This document shows, piece after piece, positions 11,978 through 24,350 of a stretch of 64,000 bases of DNA. The DNA comes from Antechinus flavipes (Eukaryota): positions 212,784,001 through 212,848,000 of the forward strand of contig NC_067399.1 in the NCBI RefSeq assembly GCF_016432865.1. Reading direction: 5' to 3'. Numbering within the stretch: position 1 is the stretch's first letter; each line of letters opens with the position of its first letter. Below the pieces are notes generated by a model. That model did not search any database. It saw only the letters and a list, made by a program, of their open reading frames with translations, and had not been told where the DNA came from. The translations under genes and the position numbers were made by a program.

Positions 11978-12364
11978 GTAAGCTGTAAAAAACAGCAAAT
12001 CTTCCTTGTAGAATTAAAAAAAAAATCAGTTCTTTTCAGATCTATGGCAGATATCAGTAGGGAAGAGGGCGGTTAGAGTGAATTCACAGAAGTATTCAAG
12101 TGGAGAAAGATGAATCCCTTCTGATTAAGAAAGAACTGCCATGGATAGAAGTTACAGTTCTTCCCATCTAGGTGCACTCCTTTGGAAGACAGACTTTATA
12201 ATCTAGCTTTTCATTGAATCCAAGCACATAAAGCAGAAAGCAATTCCTCTTTTATGTAAATAAGACATAAGCAAGAATGAGCAAACTCTACAAGGATGAA
12301 AATTGATGATTCAATAGAATGCTTCTTTCTGAGAAGTGATAAGCTGTAGTTAAAAATCATGTCT

Positions 12365-12538
12365 TTTTGTTTTGTTTTTGTTTTGTTTGTTTGTTTGTTT
12401 TTGCTGAAGCAATTGGAATTAAATGAGTTGCCATGGATCACATAGCTAAAAAGTGTTAAATATCTAAGATCAGACTTGAACTCAAGTCCTCCTGATTTCA
12501 GGGCTGGTGCTGTATCCACTGTGCCACCTAGCTTCCCC
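12365..12538 (-). mobile_element. WSINE1-like SINE with (GTTT)n tail
   Basis: gacttgaactcaagtcctcctgatttcagggctggtgctgtatccactgtgccacctagcttcccc. Confidence 0.85.
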
Positions 12539-12874
12539 TAAATGCATTCTTCAAATAACAGCATCAAGAAAATTCCACCAAAGAGTTTTTAATGACAAGC
12601 ATCTGTGAAGCCACAGAACCAAAACCAGTGTTGTGTATATACTTTAAAATGTTTTCAACTATATAAAATAAGTTGAGAATGAGTTGTTTTTCCAGCCATG
12701 ATCTAGAACAATTAAACAGAGATCAATAATTATTGAAGTTAGGCAAAAAATAGCCTAAATGGTCCAAAATTGCTTATACCTTTTCTTTAAACATTCCCTA
12801 AATGGCCTATCATATTGTTTGTAATAGAATTTGTTGATCTTTATGATTATAATTATAATAAGGTAATTATTTGG

Positions 12875-13229
12875 TGTGAAGTCCAGGTTAGCTCCCTGTT
12901 GACCTCAAGATCAGCCAGAATCAGGATCAGCAAAAGTCCTTGGTCTTTAGGGGAAGAAGTAAAGAAGATGGACAAAATTGTCACAAGCTCTGCACCTACT
13001 GACCTCTCTTCTCCTCATCCTCCTCCAAAGTGACTCTGGCTTGTCTTACTCCACCCCCTAATCCTTCCTACAATTCTCTGTATACATCAAAAGATGGAGC
13101 CAGCACAAAATAGTAAGAAGGGCCATTTTACCAAGTATATGCTAATAGAGTATTGTCCAATAAGTAATTAGCTCTAAGTGCTCAGTTGCCTGATTTTAGT
13201 GCACCTATTCAGAGTTTCAGACCTTTACA
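12875..13229 (-). mobile_element. Solo LTR with 6-bp TSD (class II/beta-like)
   Basis: TG...CA termini and a perfect ATTTGG target-site duplication at 12869-12874 and 13230-13235. Strand inferred from similarity of layout to other minus-strand LTRs. Confidence 0.85.
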
Positions 13230-14739
13230 ATTTGGGGGTTCATTTGTCTATACCAATACTACCTCTCTTAGAAAAACATAAAAAGGTAATTGACTAAAGA
13301 CAATTATATATTCATTTCTCCAACTAGAAGATACCTAGTCATTTCTACTAAATAATTTTGGAGCAATAATCCCTCTCTAGTGATAGCTTCTGGAATTGCC
13401 CTGATACAAAGACTAAACAAGCTTGTTTGGAAGCTGTCATGGTCTATAGTGTTATATAGTAGGTAACAGTAATAGGACTGCAACATGTGGGTGTACTAGT
13501 ATGATAAACACAAATTCCTTAAGAAATTAATTAAAGAGATAAAAAAAATTAGTAATCATGATCTCATGCAAAGTTAAAGCTAAAATAGATTTAATCAAAA
13601 AAGTAAAATAATGAAACTAGACTGTATGTTAACCATATTAATCTAATTTTATACTATTTAAAATAACACTATAATGTTGGAATATGGAATATAGAAAAAT
13701 ATGGAAAGACTCAGACTTAGGAAGGAATATGTTATTCATCTTCAGAGAAACAAAGAACAAACAAGCATAATATGTTCTACATAGATACATATGTGGTCAT
13801 GTAAAAAAAAGAAACCATTAATAAAAATATTTTTTTCAAAAAAAAAAAAAAAAGAATAGGTAGTGACTTTTAAGATGGAGCCAAGATAGCAGAGCAGAGG
13901 AAGAATTCAGTTAAGCACTTCCAAAATTCTTCATTAAAAAAAATTTAAATAATACTCAAAATAGAATTCTGGAGTGGCAGAGCAAACAAAAGAACAGTTA
14001 AGACATTCTTCCAGCCAAAGACAAACTAGGAGGTTGGAAGGAGAAATGCAGAGGTAAAGGTTAACCAGAATCTCACATGAATGCAAAGCCAGTAGTGAGA
14101 CTGGGTTTTGGTGACAGAAGCAGTAGTTTTTCTTAGATGGATCAATAACCACCAAACCACCAAAACTAGCTCTGAAAACAGCAGTATAAAAAAGCCTAAC
14201 GCTTGGGTAATGACCTTTCATATTCCCCATCACTCTGGGTGGAGGAACTTTGACAGAAAGCTCAAGTCCAGAAATAGGCTGGAAACATGAAGAAACAACA
14301 AAAACAACAACAACAAAAAAGAACCTGATCATAAAAATATATTATGATGACAAGGGAAATCAGGATACAAATTTAGAAGAAGGCAATGGTGTCAAAATAG
14401 CTACAAGCAAAGTTTTTAAGATAAAATAAACGACTAACAAGAATTCTTGGAAGAAATTTAAAAGGTATTTTCAAAATCAAATTAAAGTGGTGGAAGAAAA
14501 ATTATTAAAGAAATGAAAGCAAGGGAATAAAATTATGAAAAGATAATTAATAGCTTCATTAAAGAGGCACAAAAAATACTGAAGAAAATAACATCTTTAA
14601 AAACAAAATCAGCCAAATGGAAAAAAATGCAAAAATTCTTCAGTGATTAAAAAAAAACTCCTTAAAAACAGAATTGATTGAATTTTTAAAAGTTACAAAA
14701 TCTCACTGAAAAAAATACTTCATTAAAAATTCAAATTGG

Positions 14740-14900
14740 TGGAGCAGCTAGGTGGCACAGTGGATAGAGCACTGATCCTAAAGTCAGGAGGATTTGAGTT
14801 CAAATCCGGTTTCAGACACTTAATATTTCCTAGCTGTATGACCCTGGGCAAATCACTTCATTCCAATTGCCTCAGCTAAAATAAAAAAGCAAAACAAAAC
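14740..14900 (+). mobile_element. WSINE1-like SINE inserted in L1 ORF1
   Basis: Head gcagctaggtggcacagtggatagagc; 14-bp TSD aaaattcaaattgg at 14726-14739 and 14901-14914. Confidence 0.9.
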
Positions 14901-15149
14901 AAAATTCAAATTGGGCAAATGGAAGTTAATAAATTAATGAGACATCAAGAAACAATAAAACAAAGTCAAAAAAGAAAAAAGAAAAGAAAATATGGGGTAT
15001 TTCAACAGAAAAACAACTCACCTGGGGAAAAATAATGTAAGGAGGGAAAAAAATGTAAGAATTATTGGACTACTTAAAACCCATAATGAAAGAATGAGCT
15101 TAGACATCATATGAAAAAAAATTATAAAAGAAAACATCCACAGTATTCT

Positions 15150-15375
15150 AGGGTATGCAGGAAGAATCATCTTCCTGAATTCAAATGTGACCTCAGAAAT
15201 GTACTAGCTGAGTGACCCTGGGCAAGTTACTTAACCTTATTTGCCTCAGTTTCCTTATTTGTAAAATGAACTGGAGGCGGGGAATAGCAAGCCATTCCAG
15301 TATCTTTGCCAGGAAAATCCTAAATGGAGTCACAAACAGTTGGGCACAACTGAAACAAATGAATAACAACAACAA
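15150..15375 (+). mobile_element. MAR1-like SINE
   Basis: CORE plus BovB-type tail aatagcaagccattccagtatctttgccaggaaaatcc...cacaactgaaacaaatgaataacaacaacaa. Confidence 0.8.
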
Positions 15376-16879
15376 TCCAGAAAACAGAATTGAATAGTAT
15401 GTTATGTGCAAGAAACACACTTTAAAGACACACACTGACTTAAAATATGAAGCTAGAACAGAATCTATTACACATTAATTGGATCTCAAAGTAAAAAAGA
15501 AAAAAACAAGGATAAACCTAATTAAAATAGATAAACAGGAAATTACATTTTGCGAAAAGGCACCATAGACAATGAAGTAATTGGTACTAAATATATATAA
15601 ATCAATGGCATAGCATCCAAATTGTTAAAGATAAATGAATTACATCAGGAAATTATAAAAGTATATTAGTGGGGATCTCACTTATCTCTCATTTATCTCT
15701 AGATAAATATAAATATAGATTAAAAAAAGAAAACCAAATTACCAATATCAAAAATGAAAATAATGAATTCATCACCAATGAATATGAAATTAAAACAATT
15801 GTTAGGAGTATTTTTGTTCAATTATATGTGAGTAAAACTGATGATCTAAGTTAAATGGATTTATATTTACAAAAATATATATTCCTCAGATTAACAGAAG
15901 AGGAAAAAATTCTCAAATAATCCTATTTTAAAAAATGAACAAGACATCAATGGGCTCCTGAAGAAAAATGAATTTACAAGAAAATTCTACCAAATATTTA
16001 AGGAAAAGAGAGATCGTAAACTATAGATGATTTCCTAAATGAATATTGATAACAAAAAGTTTAAATAAAATATTAGCTAGAGGATTATAGCAGTGTATCA
16101 TAAAAATCTTACGTTATGGCCAGAAGGGATTTATACCAGAAATGCAACACTGGTTCAATATTAAAAAAAAAAAAAAAACAACTATTAGCATAATTTGTCA
16201 TATCAATTAAAAATCTCTAAACTGTGTTTCTTGCACATAACATATTATTGAATTTTACTTTCTATTCCATTCTACAATCTATAATCTATAATCATGTAAT
16301 TATATCAATAGATGTAGAAAAAGATTTTGACAGAATACAATGCACATTCTTATAAAAAGTACTAGAAAGCATAGAAATCAATAGAACCTTTTTTCAAATG
16401 AGAAGTTGTATTTCTCTAAAATCAAGACCAACTATCTATAATTAGAATAAATTTGAAGTCTTCCCAATAAAATTAGGTTGTAAAGCAAGGATTTCCATTA
16501 TTGCCATTATTTTTCAATAAACAATTAGAAATGATAGGTATAGTAATAAGAGAAAGGAATTTAAGGAATAGAAATAAGCAATGATAAAAAACAAAACTAT
16601 CTTTCTTTGGAGATGATGTGGTGCTATATTTAGAGAACCAAGTTAAAAAACTAAACAATTAACTAAAATATAAAATAAACCCACATAAATCATCAATATT
16701 TCTATATACTATCAGCAAAATCTAGCAGGAAGATATAGAAAGAGAAATTCTACTTAATATAATAATATAAAATATTTACTAGTCTGCCTGCCAAAACAAA
16801 CACAGAGATTATATGAACAAAATTACAAGGTTTTTTGTTTGTTTTATTTTGTTTTGTTTTTTAATAATTAAAGCTATTC

Positions 16880-17050
16880 ATAAATAGAATTGTCTGCTTT
16901 GGGAGTAATTGGATCTCTTCACTAGAATTCTTCAAGCAAGAACTAGATGACCTTTTATTGAGAATGTTGTTAAGTAATATCATTAAAGTATAAATTTGAC
17001 TAGATGACCTCTCAGTTTCTTTTCACTTCTGAGGCTCTCTCATTCTGAAA
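16880..17050 (+). mobile_element. L3/CR1 3' tail
   Basis: tcttcaagcaagaactagatgacc...gactagatgacctct...tctgaggctctctcattctg. Confidence 0.5.
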
Positions 17051-17349
17051 TTCTATATGAAACCTACCTATGTCTGAGAACAGTAACAGAAGCAAAAATG
17101 ATTAGATGAGTCCTAAAAGTGACTTCCTGAAATCTGATGAAATGGGAACTTAATTGCTTCTTGAATTTCAAAGATCAAAGTCAGAGAGGCAGAGAAAGAC
17201 TAAGAGGAGAAGTGATTCCATGGGCACAGTCATTTCCTCAAAACTGTGGAATGGTAGTGAATAATCCCTTCCATTCCAAATAGACATGAGCCAAATCACG
17301 GATAATGATAGTGATGATAAGGGATGGGAGAAGGATGATACCATAGCAA

Positions 17350-17600
17350 TGGTGATGGCTAACATTTCTACAATTCTTTAAGGATTGCAAGGCAACTCTA
17401 ATATTATCTAATTTTATACTCACAATAACTCTAGGTTAGGTGCTACTATTAGTCTCTATTTTACAAACATGAGGGAACTAAGGCTGAAATAATTTAAGTG
17501 ACTTTCCCAGATAGTAAGTGTCTGAGACAGCATTTGAACTCAGGTTTTTCTTATTCCAGGTTCTATTCACTTATTCACCTTATTCACCTTATTCACTTAG
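17350..17600 (-). mobile_element. MIR-type SINE with a small tandem (tattcac(c)t) expansion
   Basis: CORE and catttgaactcagg; four 8-9 bp units at about 17564-17597. Confidence 0.7.
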
Positions 17601-20329
17601 CTTCCTAGAATGAGTAAGAAAATTTGTAGGTGATCCTGATGAGTGAATAGTGTGAAGAATCAACAAGACATGAGTCTAAATATCTGAAACTTTTTGAGAG
17701 AAGTGTTGACTTGTATGAGTAATTAACACTTTCCTAATATGCTACCCTACCTCTCCAGGAGTCAGGAAGTTTTCATTAAACACATGAATGTTTTGACATG
17801 GCAATGAATATGGAGCAGCTCTCTTTGTCCATTATCCCAACTATATAGGACCATGCAGACATGTCTATTACACATATCTATTTAATGTACATATGATTCT
17901 CTGTTTTATCTTATAGTCATGTTGATCATAATCTCCTTACTGAATCATAAATTCTATGAGGAGTAGCTCTATGGCTACTTACCACCTAATATGGAGTGCT
18001 ATTTTTTAATATCAATTATTTAATAAGATTATTAATCAATTAATTAAATATTGTTTAAATTAAAATACATAGGAAAGTTTTGGGTCAGAATAGAGCAATC
18101 CGTATATAGCAGAGATGTAGCCTGAAACTAGAAGATATATCAGAATTGATACTGATATTGGTTTCCTGTCTGAAGTCTTTTCCCTTCCAATTCATTTTTC
18201 ATTCAACTATATGGTATTTTTCCTATCTTGATTTGCTTTCTTGGGGACTATCCCATGTTCTGGAATTTTCCTTCCCACATTCTGCATCCTCTGAGAATGT
18301 TCACTGGCTCCTCCCATACCTAGAACTCTCGCTATTCATCTCCATCTGTTGTAATTCCTTAATATTTCAGAAATAGTTCAGTCTTCTGTAAGAAATCATT
18401 CCCATCCTGTTTAATCTTAGTATCTTCCCTTCATGATTATCTCCCATTTAGATGTCTTCTTTGTACGTAGTTGTTTGGTTTGTTGTCTTCCCATGAGACT
18501 ATGAGCTCCTCAAAAAGAATTATTTTTGCCTTTTTTGGTACCCCACCTCAATTTATAAGTACTTAGCACAGTGACAGGCACATATTAAGTACTTAACAAA
18601 GGCTTATTGATTTGACCAAAGCCAAAGCCAATATAAATCAAAAGGTAGAGTCAAGTAATCAATCAGAAAAATCATTTACAAATATAATGAGTTAAAGACA
18701 GAGCTTTCCTCAGATAGGAAGTCTTATATGCTCTCCTTGGTATAATGACTATTCCAAACCTAGTTTCCCAAAGCTTAGGCGGACTGGCAAGGTTTAAACT
18801 GAGGCTGACCTGCCTCATCACATCTGGCAGATTCTGTAACTAGCTTTGATACTCCAAACTTGCAAAAAGAAAATGAATACTCAAGATGGTCAATTTTGCC
18901 ATGGCAAATAAACATCAAAACATCAACAACAACAAAACCTCGAGAGGTTCTTTTCTCACTATTCAAAGTAGGCAAAATAGGGAGCAAAAAATCTCATAAA
19001 AAACAAGGCTTCAATACCAGCAAAGTAAGTAAAGTTGATCTTCTGTTCAGTATTTGTCTCCTCTTCATTAGTATGCCATCTCAAGATCTCAAGCTGTCCT
19101 ATCTTCCCTTTCAGGGCCCAAATCCTCCCTTTATGGTAATGGGGTTCCATCTAGGTTTCCCTTCTCTGGGCTGTTGCCCATATCTCCTATCCTGGAAGTT
19201 CCCCCTCTCTTCCCATCCTCTAATCTCTGCTTGTAATAATCTGAATATTTTAGTTAATGATAATATATTAATAGATGACTCTGCCTCAGGGTGATTCTCC
19301 TTTCAGATGGCATTAGCAATTTAATAGGACCTTCAATGTCTTCCTTCCAAGGACTCCCACCATAAGAATTTCAGAAACCTTAAGAAGAAAGGTGGAGGGG
19401 GACATATTTTTGTCTTTTAATGCCCCTCAAATCACAGCCTATAGACAATTGTCTTCCCTGACCATGGAATTCAAACCTTTGAATTACAAAGTCATGCTTC
19501 AGAGGACAGAAAGAGCACTACCATAGCTAGCTAATTAATTTTGTGCAGTTTCATGATTCAATATTCTGTTGAACTATGCCTTTCCAAGACTTCAAGAACA
19601 TCAATATAGGGCCTGTGTCTGATGGTAGGGAGAGAGAGGAGGAATGTTCTATTAACAGTACAGACATGGTTGCAGTAAACATTATCAAATTAAAGTCCAA
19701 TTTTCATGACTTTCATATACTCAGTCTCAAGTTTATAGGAATTTGTTTTGTGTTGTTTCTAAGATACTTATGAAGTTTAATTTGTTTCTTTCTGATTTCA
19801 GAAAGCTGAATGTATCATTTAGTGCATATGTGAATTGTGTCACATTTATTCACTTTTGATGTGCTTCTTGGGATCAATTGTGACACTATCATTTCTCTGG
19901 GCTGATAATATTCTCTAAAAATAGTTTTCCCCTATGTTCTTTCTATGTTTCTACTATTGACAGTCATGTAAACACTGGTTCTGAAGAGTATTTAACATAA
20001 AATTGCCCAGTTTCTGGAACTCAATATATATTTGTATAGTGCTTGAAATATTTCAGCATCTATGCTAGACATTTTGATTTCCCAAAGAGTAAATTGATAT
20101 TGATTCATGAGATACCATAACTCATACAAGATGACTGTGGCTAAACACGTTTCAGGTTTTTTCCCCACTACTGTTGTACTCTACATAGAAATTCTCCAAA
20201 TAAAAATAAAATTATTGTTTTTAAAATTAAGTGCTATATAATCATATTTTAGTCCATTTTTTAAATAGCTATAATTTGAGTAAAATATTATTATATTCGT
20301 ACAGAAAGGATCTATGATTTTATCAAGGT

Positions 20330-21720
20330 GTGGGACTAATTAATACAAATAAAGAAGGGTAATAACCAAGAAATTGTCAATCATTCCCAACTTATATGCC
20401 TATTCTACCATTTATTTGAAATCTTTATTAGGGTAATGTTTTTATGAAATGAGGGCATCCTTAATGAGGCTATTAATAATAAACAAATGATATTTAATGA
20501 TAGGTCACATTCTTATAATCTCACAATTATGAGAAAGATATAGAAAATGTAAAATCCCATTAACATTGCTTATGGGCTAAGAAACAGTATTTGATTCAGA
20601 ATAATAAAATACCACATTATAGGCTCTTTTACAAGTTGGTTCCCACTCATTTAAAAAAATCATTTAATATTTCTTGGCTAATATAATAACCAAAATAACC
20701 CTGTTTAATGACCCACTGATAGTAAACATCAAGCAAGGCATAAAACAGGGAGTTGTATGCTTAAGCAATGGTTTTAATCACTGTGATAGAAGAGATCCAA
20801 CATGTAGTCTGGGTCATGGAGATATGCCCTATGTATTATGAGGTCCTCTACATGCTCCTGTTCAAGGATGACATTGTGTTAGCTATACCAAGCTTCAAGA
20901 CATTGCAGAGCCTCTTGGAAAAAATCAGTTTTGATTCAAAAGATTTTGGCCTGTCAACATAATAGAATGTCTACTGCTCACATTTCAGGATGCATTCGAA
21001 TTGATTGAGGGTTCTCATAATATTTTATGCCATATACCCCTTTAGCAAACAGGTAAAATCCATGGATACTTTTTTCAGAATAACATTTTTTAATGCATAA
21101 AATAAAATACAAGGAATTATAAAGGAAACCCATCATACTGAAATGACATTATTAAAGCAATTTTAATTTAAGCATTTTAAAGAAAGTTTGCTAAGATTAA
21201 TAACTCTTGCTAGAGAGTTTGTCCAACAGTATGTATTTTGGGGACAGAGAGCACAGATAAACAATGAATGGGCCTGCCACTGAAAAAAAGGGTAATTAGA
21301 TTGCCTTAAGGAAACTACAAAATTCTTTTCCTACTTCCTATTAAAGCTTCCTATAAAAATAAAGGCTCGTTTTTTCAACATTAACATTGTACATTATTGC
21401 TATATGACAGAGAAATGAGGAATACCACACAGGAGACAATGAAGAGGTACCAGGTAGCTATGAACAGGCTGCAATCCATAGTTCTGAGGGACTATGAGGA
21501 GTCCTAAAGAAATTAATGATATCATCAAAGAATTACATGACAGGAACAGAAAATCTGCTGGCCATATGACAAGAGCAAGGAATTTCTGGTGCTCTTGAGA
21601 TGTTGGGAGAAAGCAAGGAAAGTGCTTTCATCTATGATGGGTGAAACCCTTGAGACTAACTTTGAGAGAATATAAGAAAGAATATACAGGATAAGCAGGC
21701 ATAGATAAATTGAAATCTGC
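20330..21720 (+). mobile_element. Ancient RTE-X (L4-like) LINE remnant: RT domain and 3' end
   Basis: Translates to NIKQGIKQG and LYMLLFKDDIVL (FADD-type RT motif), later RKSAGHMTRAR (WAGHVAR-like). Confidence 0.7.
21030..21215. mobile_element. hAT-Charlie/MER-type MITE inserted in RTE-X
   Basis: ccatggatacttttttcagaataacattttttaatgcataaaataaaatac resembles MER20-like MITE internals; termini degraded. Confidence 0.45.
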
Positions 21721-22683
21721 ATCAATGGAAGCAGTTCTCAAATTGATGAGTCCACAGATTCAACGTAGTCATGTTTGAGTATATTTATAAGACATACATT
21801 ATGTAAATATCTCTTACCTACTGACTTGTAAAAATTGTAAAACTTCTAGAGTTTAGTAATAAACCTTCAGTAATTGTTGGAGATTGGAGAGGAAAAAGTG
21901 ACTTGCTTATAGTCACACATTTAATAAGTATCAGAGACCAGATTTGAATATAGATATTGATAACTGTGGGTTCAGCCTTCTATTCATTATAACATATTGC
22001 CTCAATTATAATTACATAAATTAACTTGATGTGTATACATTCTAAATGTTCCAGTTACAGATTCATTTCAGATTTCACTGTATGTTTTATTTGGTAAAAT
22101 TAATTTGGTAATCATAGCAATAATCTGTCATTTTCTTTAAATGGGAAAACTATCCAAACATACAAATTGATGGATAAAAATTAAAATTTAAAAAGTACAG
22201 AATAGTCTGACAATCATGGTAGACACTCTTTTTCTTCAGAAAACACCAAGTGGCTTGAATTGAGATAAGACCAAAGAGAAAAGGTCTGGAGAGAAAATAT
22301 AAAGAAAAAGGGACAATTTCAAGATGATATATCAGAAAATATGGAAGTGTCTTTTAGAGTATCAGGTAGAAGACAGGGGTAAGGAACATGTGCCCCTTTT
22401 CTAAATGAAGAAAGAAAAGGAGTAATAAGAAACACTAAGAAGTTTAAAATTGGTTTTGTGCAATAGTTTAATGGTTGCTATTTTTTTCTGCTTCAAGTTA
22501 CGTCATCACAATTGTGACATAAAGGATGAAAGTTTGGCTAGAATAATCATAAAACTTGGTCAAAATTATCATGACATATCACTACATCTCTTCTCTTGTC
22601 TCTGTTCTAGTTTCTAATACTTTCAGCCTACACCACACATTAACACTAGCAGGTACTACTCTATATCATTTTCTAAGTGTTTT

Positions 22684-22686
<3 letters not shown>

Positions 22687-22733
<47 letters not shown>
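22687..22733. repeat. (CA)n microsatellite
   Basis: About 23 AC units. Confidence 0.99.
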
Positions 22734-22734
<1 letters not shown>

Positions 22735-23099
22735 TAGTTGCAATGACATGGTATGTTTGCCAAACTACAATTATACATTTTAGACTAAAATAAAATCATA
22801 GAAAATCAGATGTAGAAGGACCTTATAAGCCATCTAGTCCAACCTAAACCTGAAAAAAAAAATCTAACATGACTTCTGCAATAAAGAAGTCACCTAGCAA
22901 TCAATTCCACTTTTGGACAGTTCTAGTTGTAGGATCTTTTTTCAAAAATAAGCATAAATTTTGTCTCCTTGATACCATGTATCATGTATTTAGAGATGGA
23001 AAGGAACTCAGAAGTCATCTAGTTCAACTCCATCATTTTACCAAAAAAAGTACTAGAATCTTAAAAAATTAAGTGATTTGTCTGCCCATAAGCATATAA

Positions 23100-23657
23100 G
23101 TGGGGTATATGGGATGTTCAGGGAAGGCTAATATCTGGTGTGAAGACTTGTTGAAACCTTTTCAGGGCTGCTCATCCAACTTTGGTATCCACCTTCACCC
23201 AATTCTCATCTGTGGCTCTAATAAGCTGCAGCATGTGCAGTGGCCATCCCCTTATAAATGGTCTTGACAGATTAGCAAAAAAAGGTTAAGGATAACTGAC
23301 AAGTCTCAAACCTATCCATGAGTTAGAGGAATGTGTACCCCAAGGATGAACTTTACCCAGAGGAATGCATGGTTGAGAACAATTTATTTCAGCAGCCATG
23401 GAGATAACTGAAGCAGATACTGTGGAGCACTTAGAGTTTGGTCAGACTTGAAAGACACCCAAGTAATCCACTGCATTCTGGGCCATCATCAGTCATCTTG
23501 ACTTTTGTTTTGGCACTGGACTTCAATGACACTGGAAGAGAGAACGAGGCTAATACTTCGTACAATTCTGCTTCACTTAAATTCAATTCACATGCAAGTC
23601 AAGACACCACCTATGATGTCATTGGTCCCCTTCGAAAATGAAGGACAAAAACAACAA
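23100..23657 (+). mobile_element. RTE-mobilised SINE (WALLSI/RTESINE-type; exact family unresolved)
   Basis: gggaaggctaatatctggtgtgaag head, and RTE-type 3' end gtcattggtccccttcgaaaatgaaggacaaaaacaacaa. Confidence 0.75.
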
Positions 23658-23689
23658 TTACATAAGAAGCAAATGGTAGAATAGGGATA

Positions 23690-24350
23690 TCAGTTAAAGT
23701 CCTCTGATTCCTTTGATTCCGTTTTCATCACTTTCCACTAAATGAATGCTTCTCTCTATTCTTAGCTCCTGTTTCTGCCCCATTGAGTCCAAACAGAACA
23801 AGTCTCTCAATTCTCTTTCATATACCAGAAGATGAATATCATATCCCTGATAAATATCCAAGATAAACTTCTCCATCTACATCTTTCAATCAATCCTCAT
23901 ATGGTATGTACTCAAAGCTTTTCCCTTTCTTACTTAACTTTCTCTTGAAGTTCTCTAGATATTCCTGAAATGTATTGTCTAGGACTTCACAGTATTCCAG
24001 AGCCTGATAAGGATAAAATATACACGTATCATCACTTTTTTTCTCCCTGAAAGGTATGTTTCTCTGACTGCAGTCCAATATCAAATTACCCTTTTTTTGG
24101 TGTCACCCCATTATGGAGCTTAGAATTTACTGAAACATTTAAATCCTTTTCAGACAACATTTATCAAACATTTCTCTCCCCATCCTTTTCTTACAAAGTT
24201 GACTTTTGAACCCAGGTGTAAGGCTTTATGTGTAACTCTATTAGATTTCACCTTATCAGTTTTAAACAGATTTTCTAGTTTTCCAAGTTCTTTTTGGAAT
24301 CTGACTACTTCCTCTGATGTGTTAACTACCCCTACAAGTTTCAAGAAGAA
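23690..24350 (-). mobile_element. L3/CR1 RT C-terminal remnant
   Basis: ORF 24150-24344 (KLVGVVNTSEEVVRFQKELGKLE...HKALHLG) matches the CR1 pattern TKLGG.ANT.EDR..IQ.DLD.LE...KCKVLHLG. Confidence 0.8.

Larger units (their letters stand above)
13866..16830 (+). mobile_element. Old L1: 5'UTR, decayed ORF1 and internally deleted ORF2 fragments
   Basis: Starts aagatggagccaagatagcag. A-rich ORF1-like coiled-coil region, then ORF2 pieces (ataccagaaatgcaacactggttcaatatt; caatagatgtagaaaaagattttgac; ctttggagatgatgtg). Confidence 0.8.

Noticed and set aside
14740-14830. tRNA gene-like A and B boxes (also at 28187 and 48765)
   Set aside because: These are tRNA-derived SINE heads followed by CORE and poly-A with TSDs, not cloverleaf tRNAs.
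18860-19294. Longest ORF in the track (144 aa) as a single-exon gene
   Set aside because: TTG start, no recognisable domain, low-complexity composition; only a small internal exon candidate is retained.
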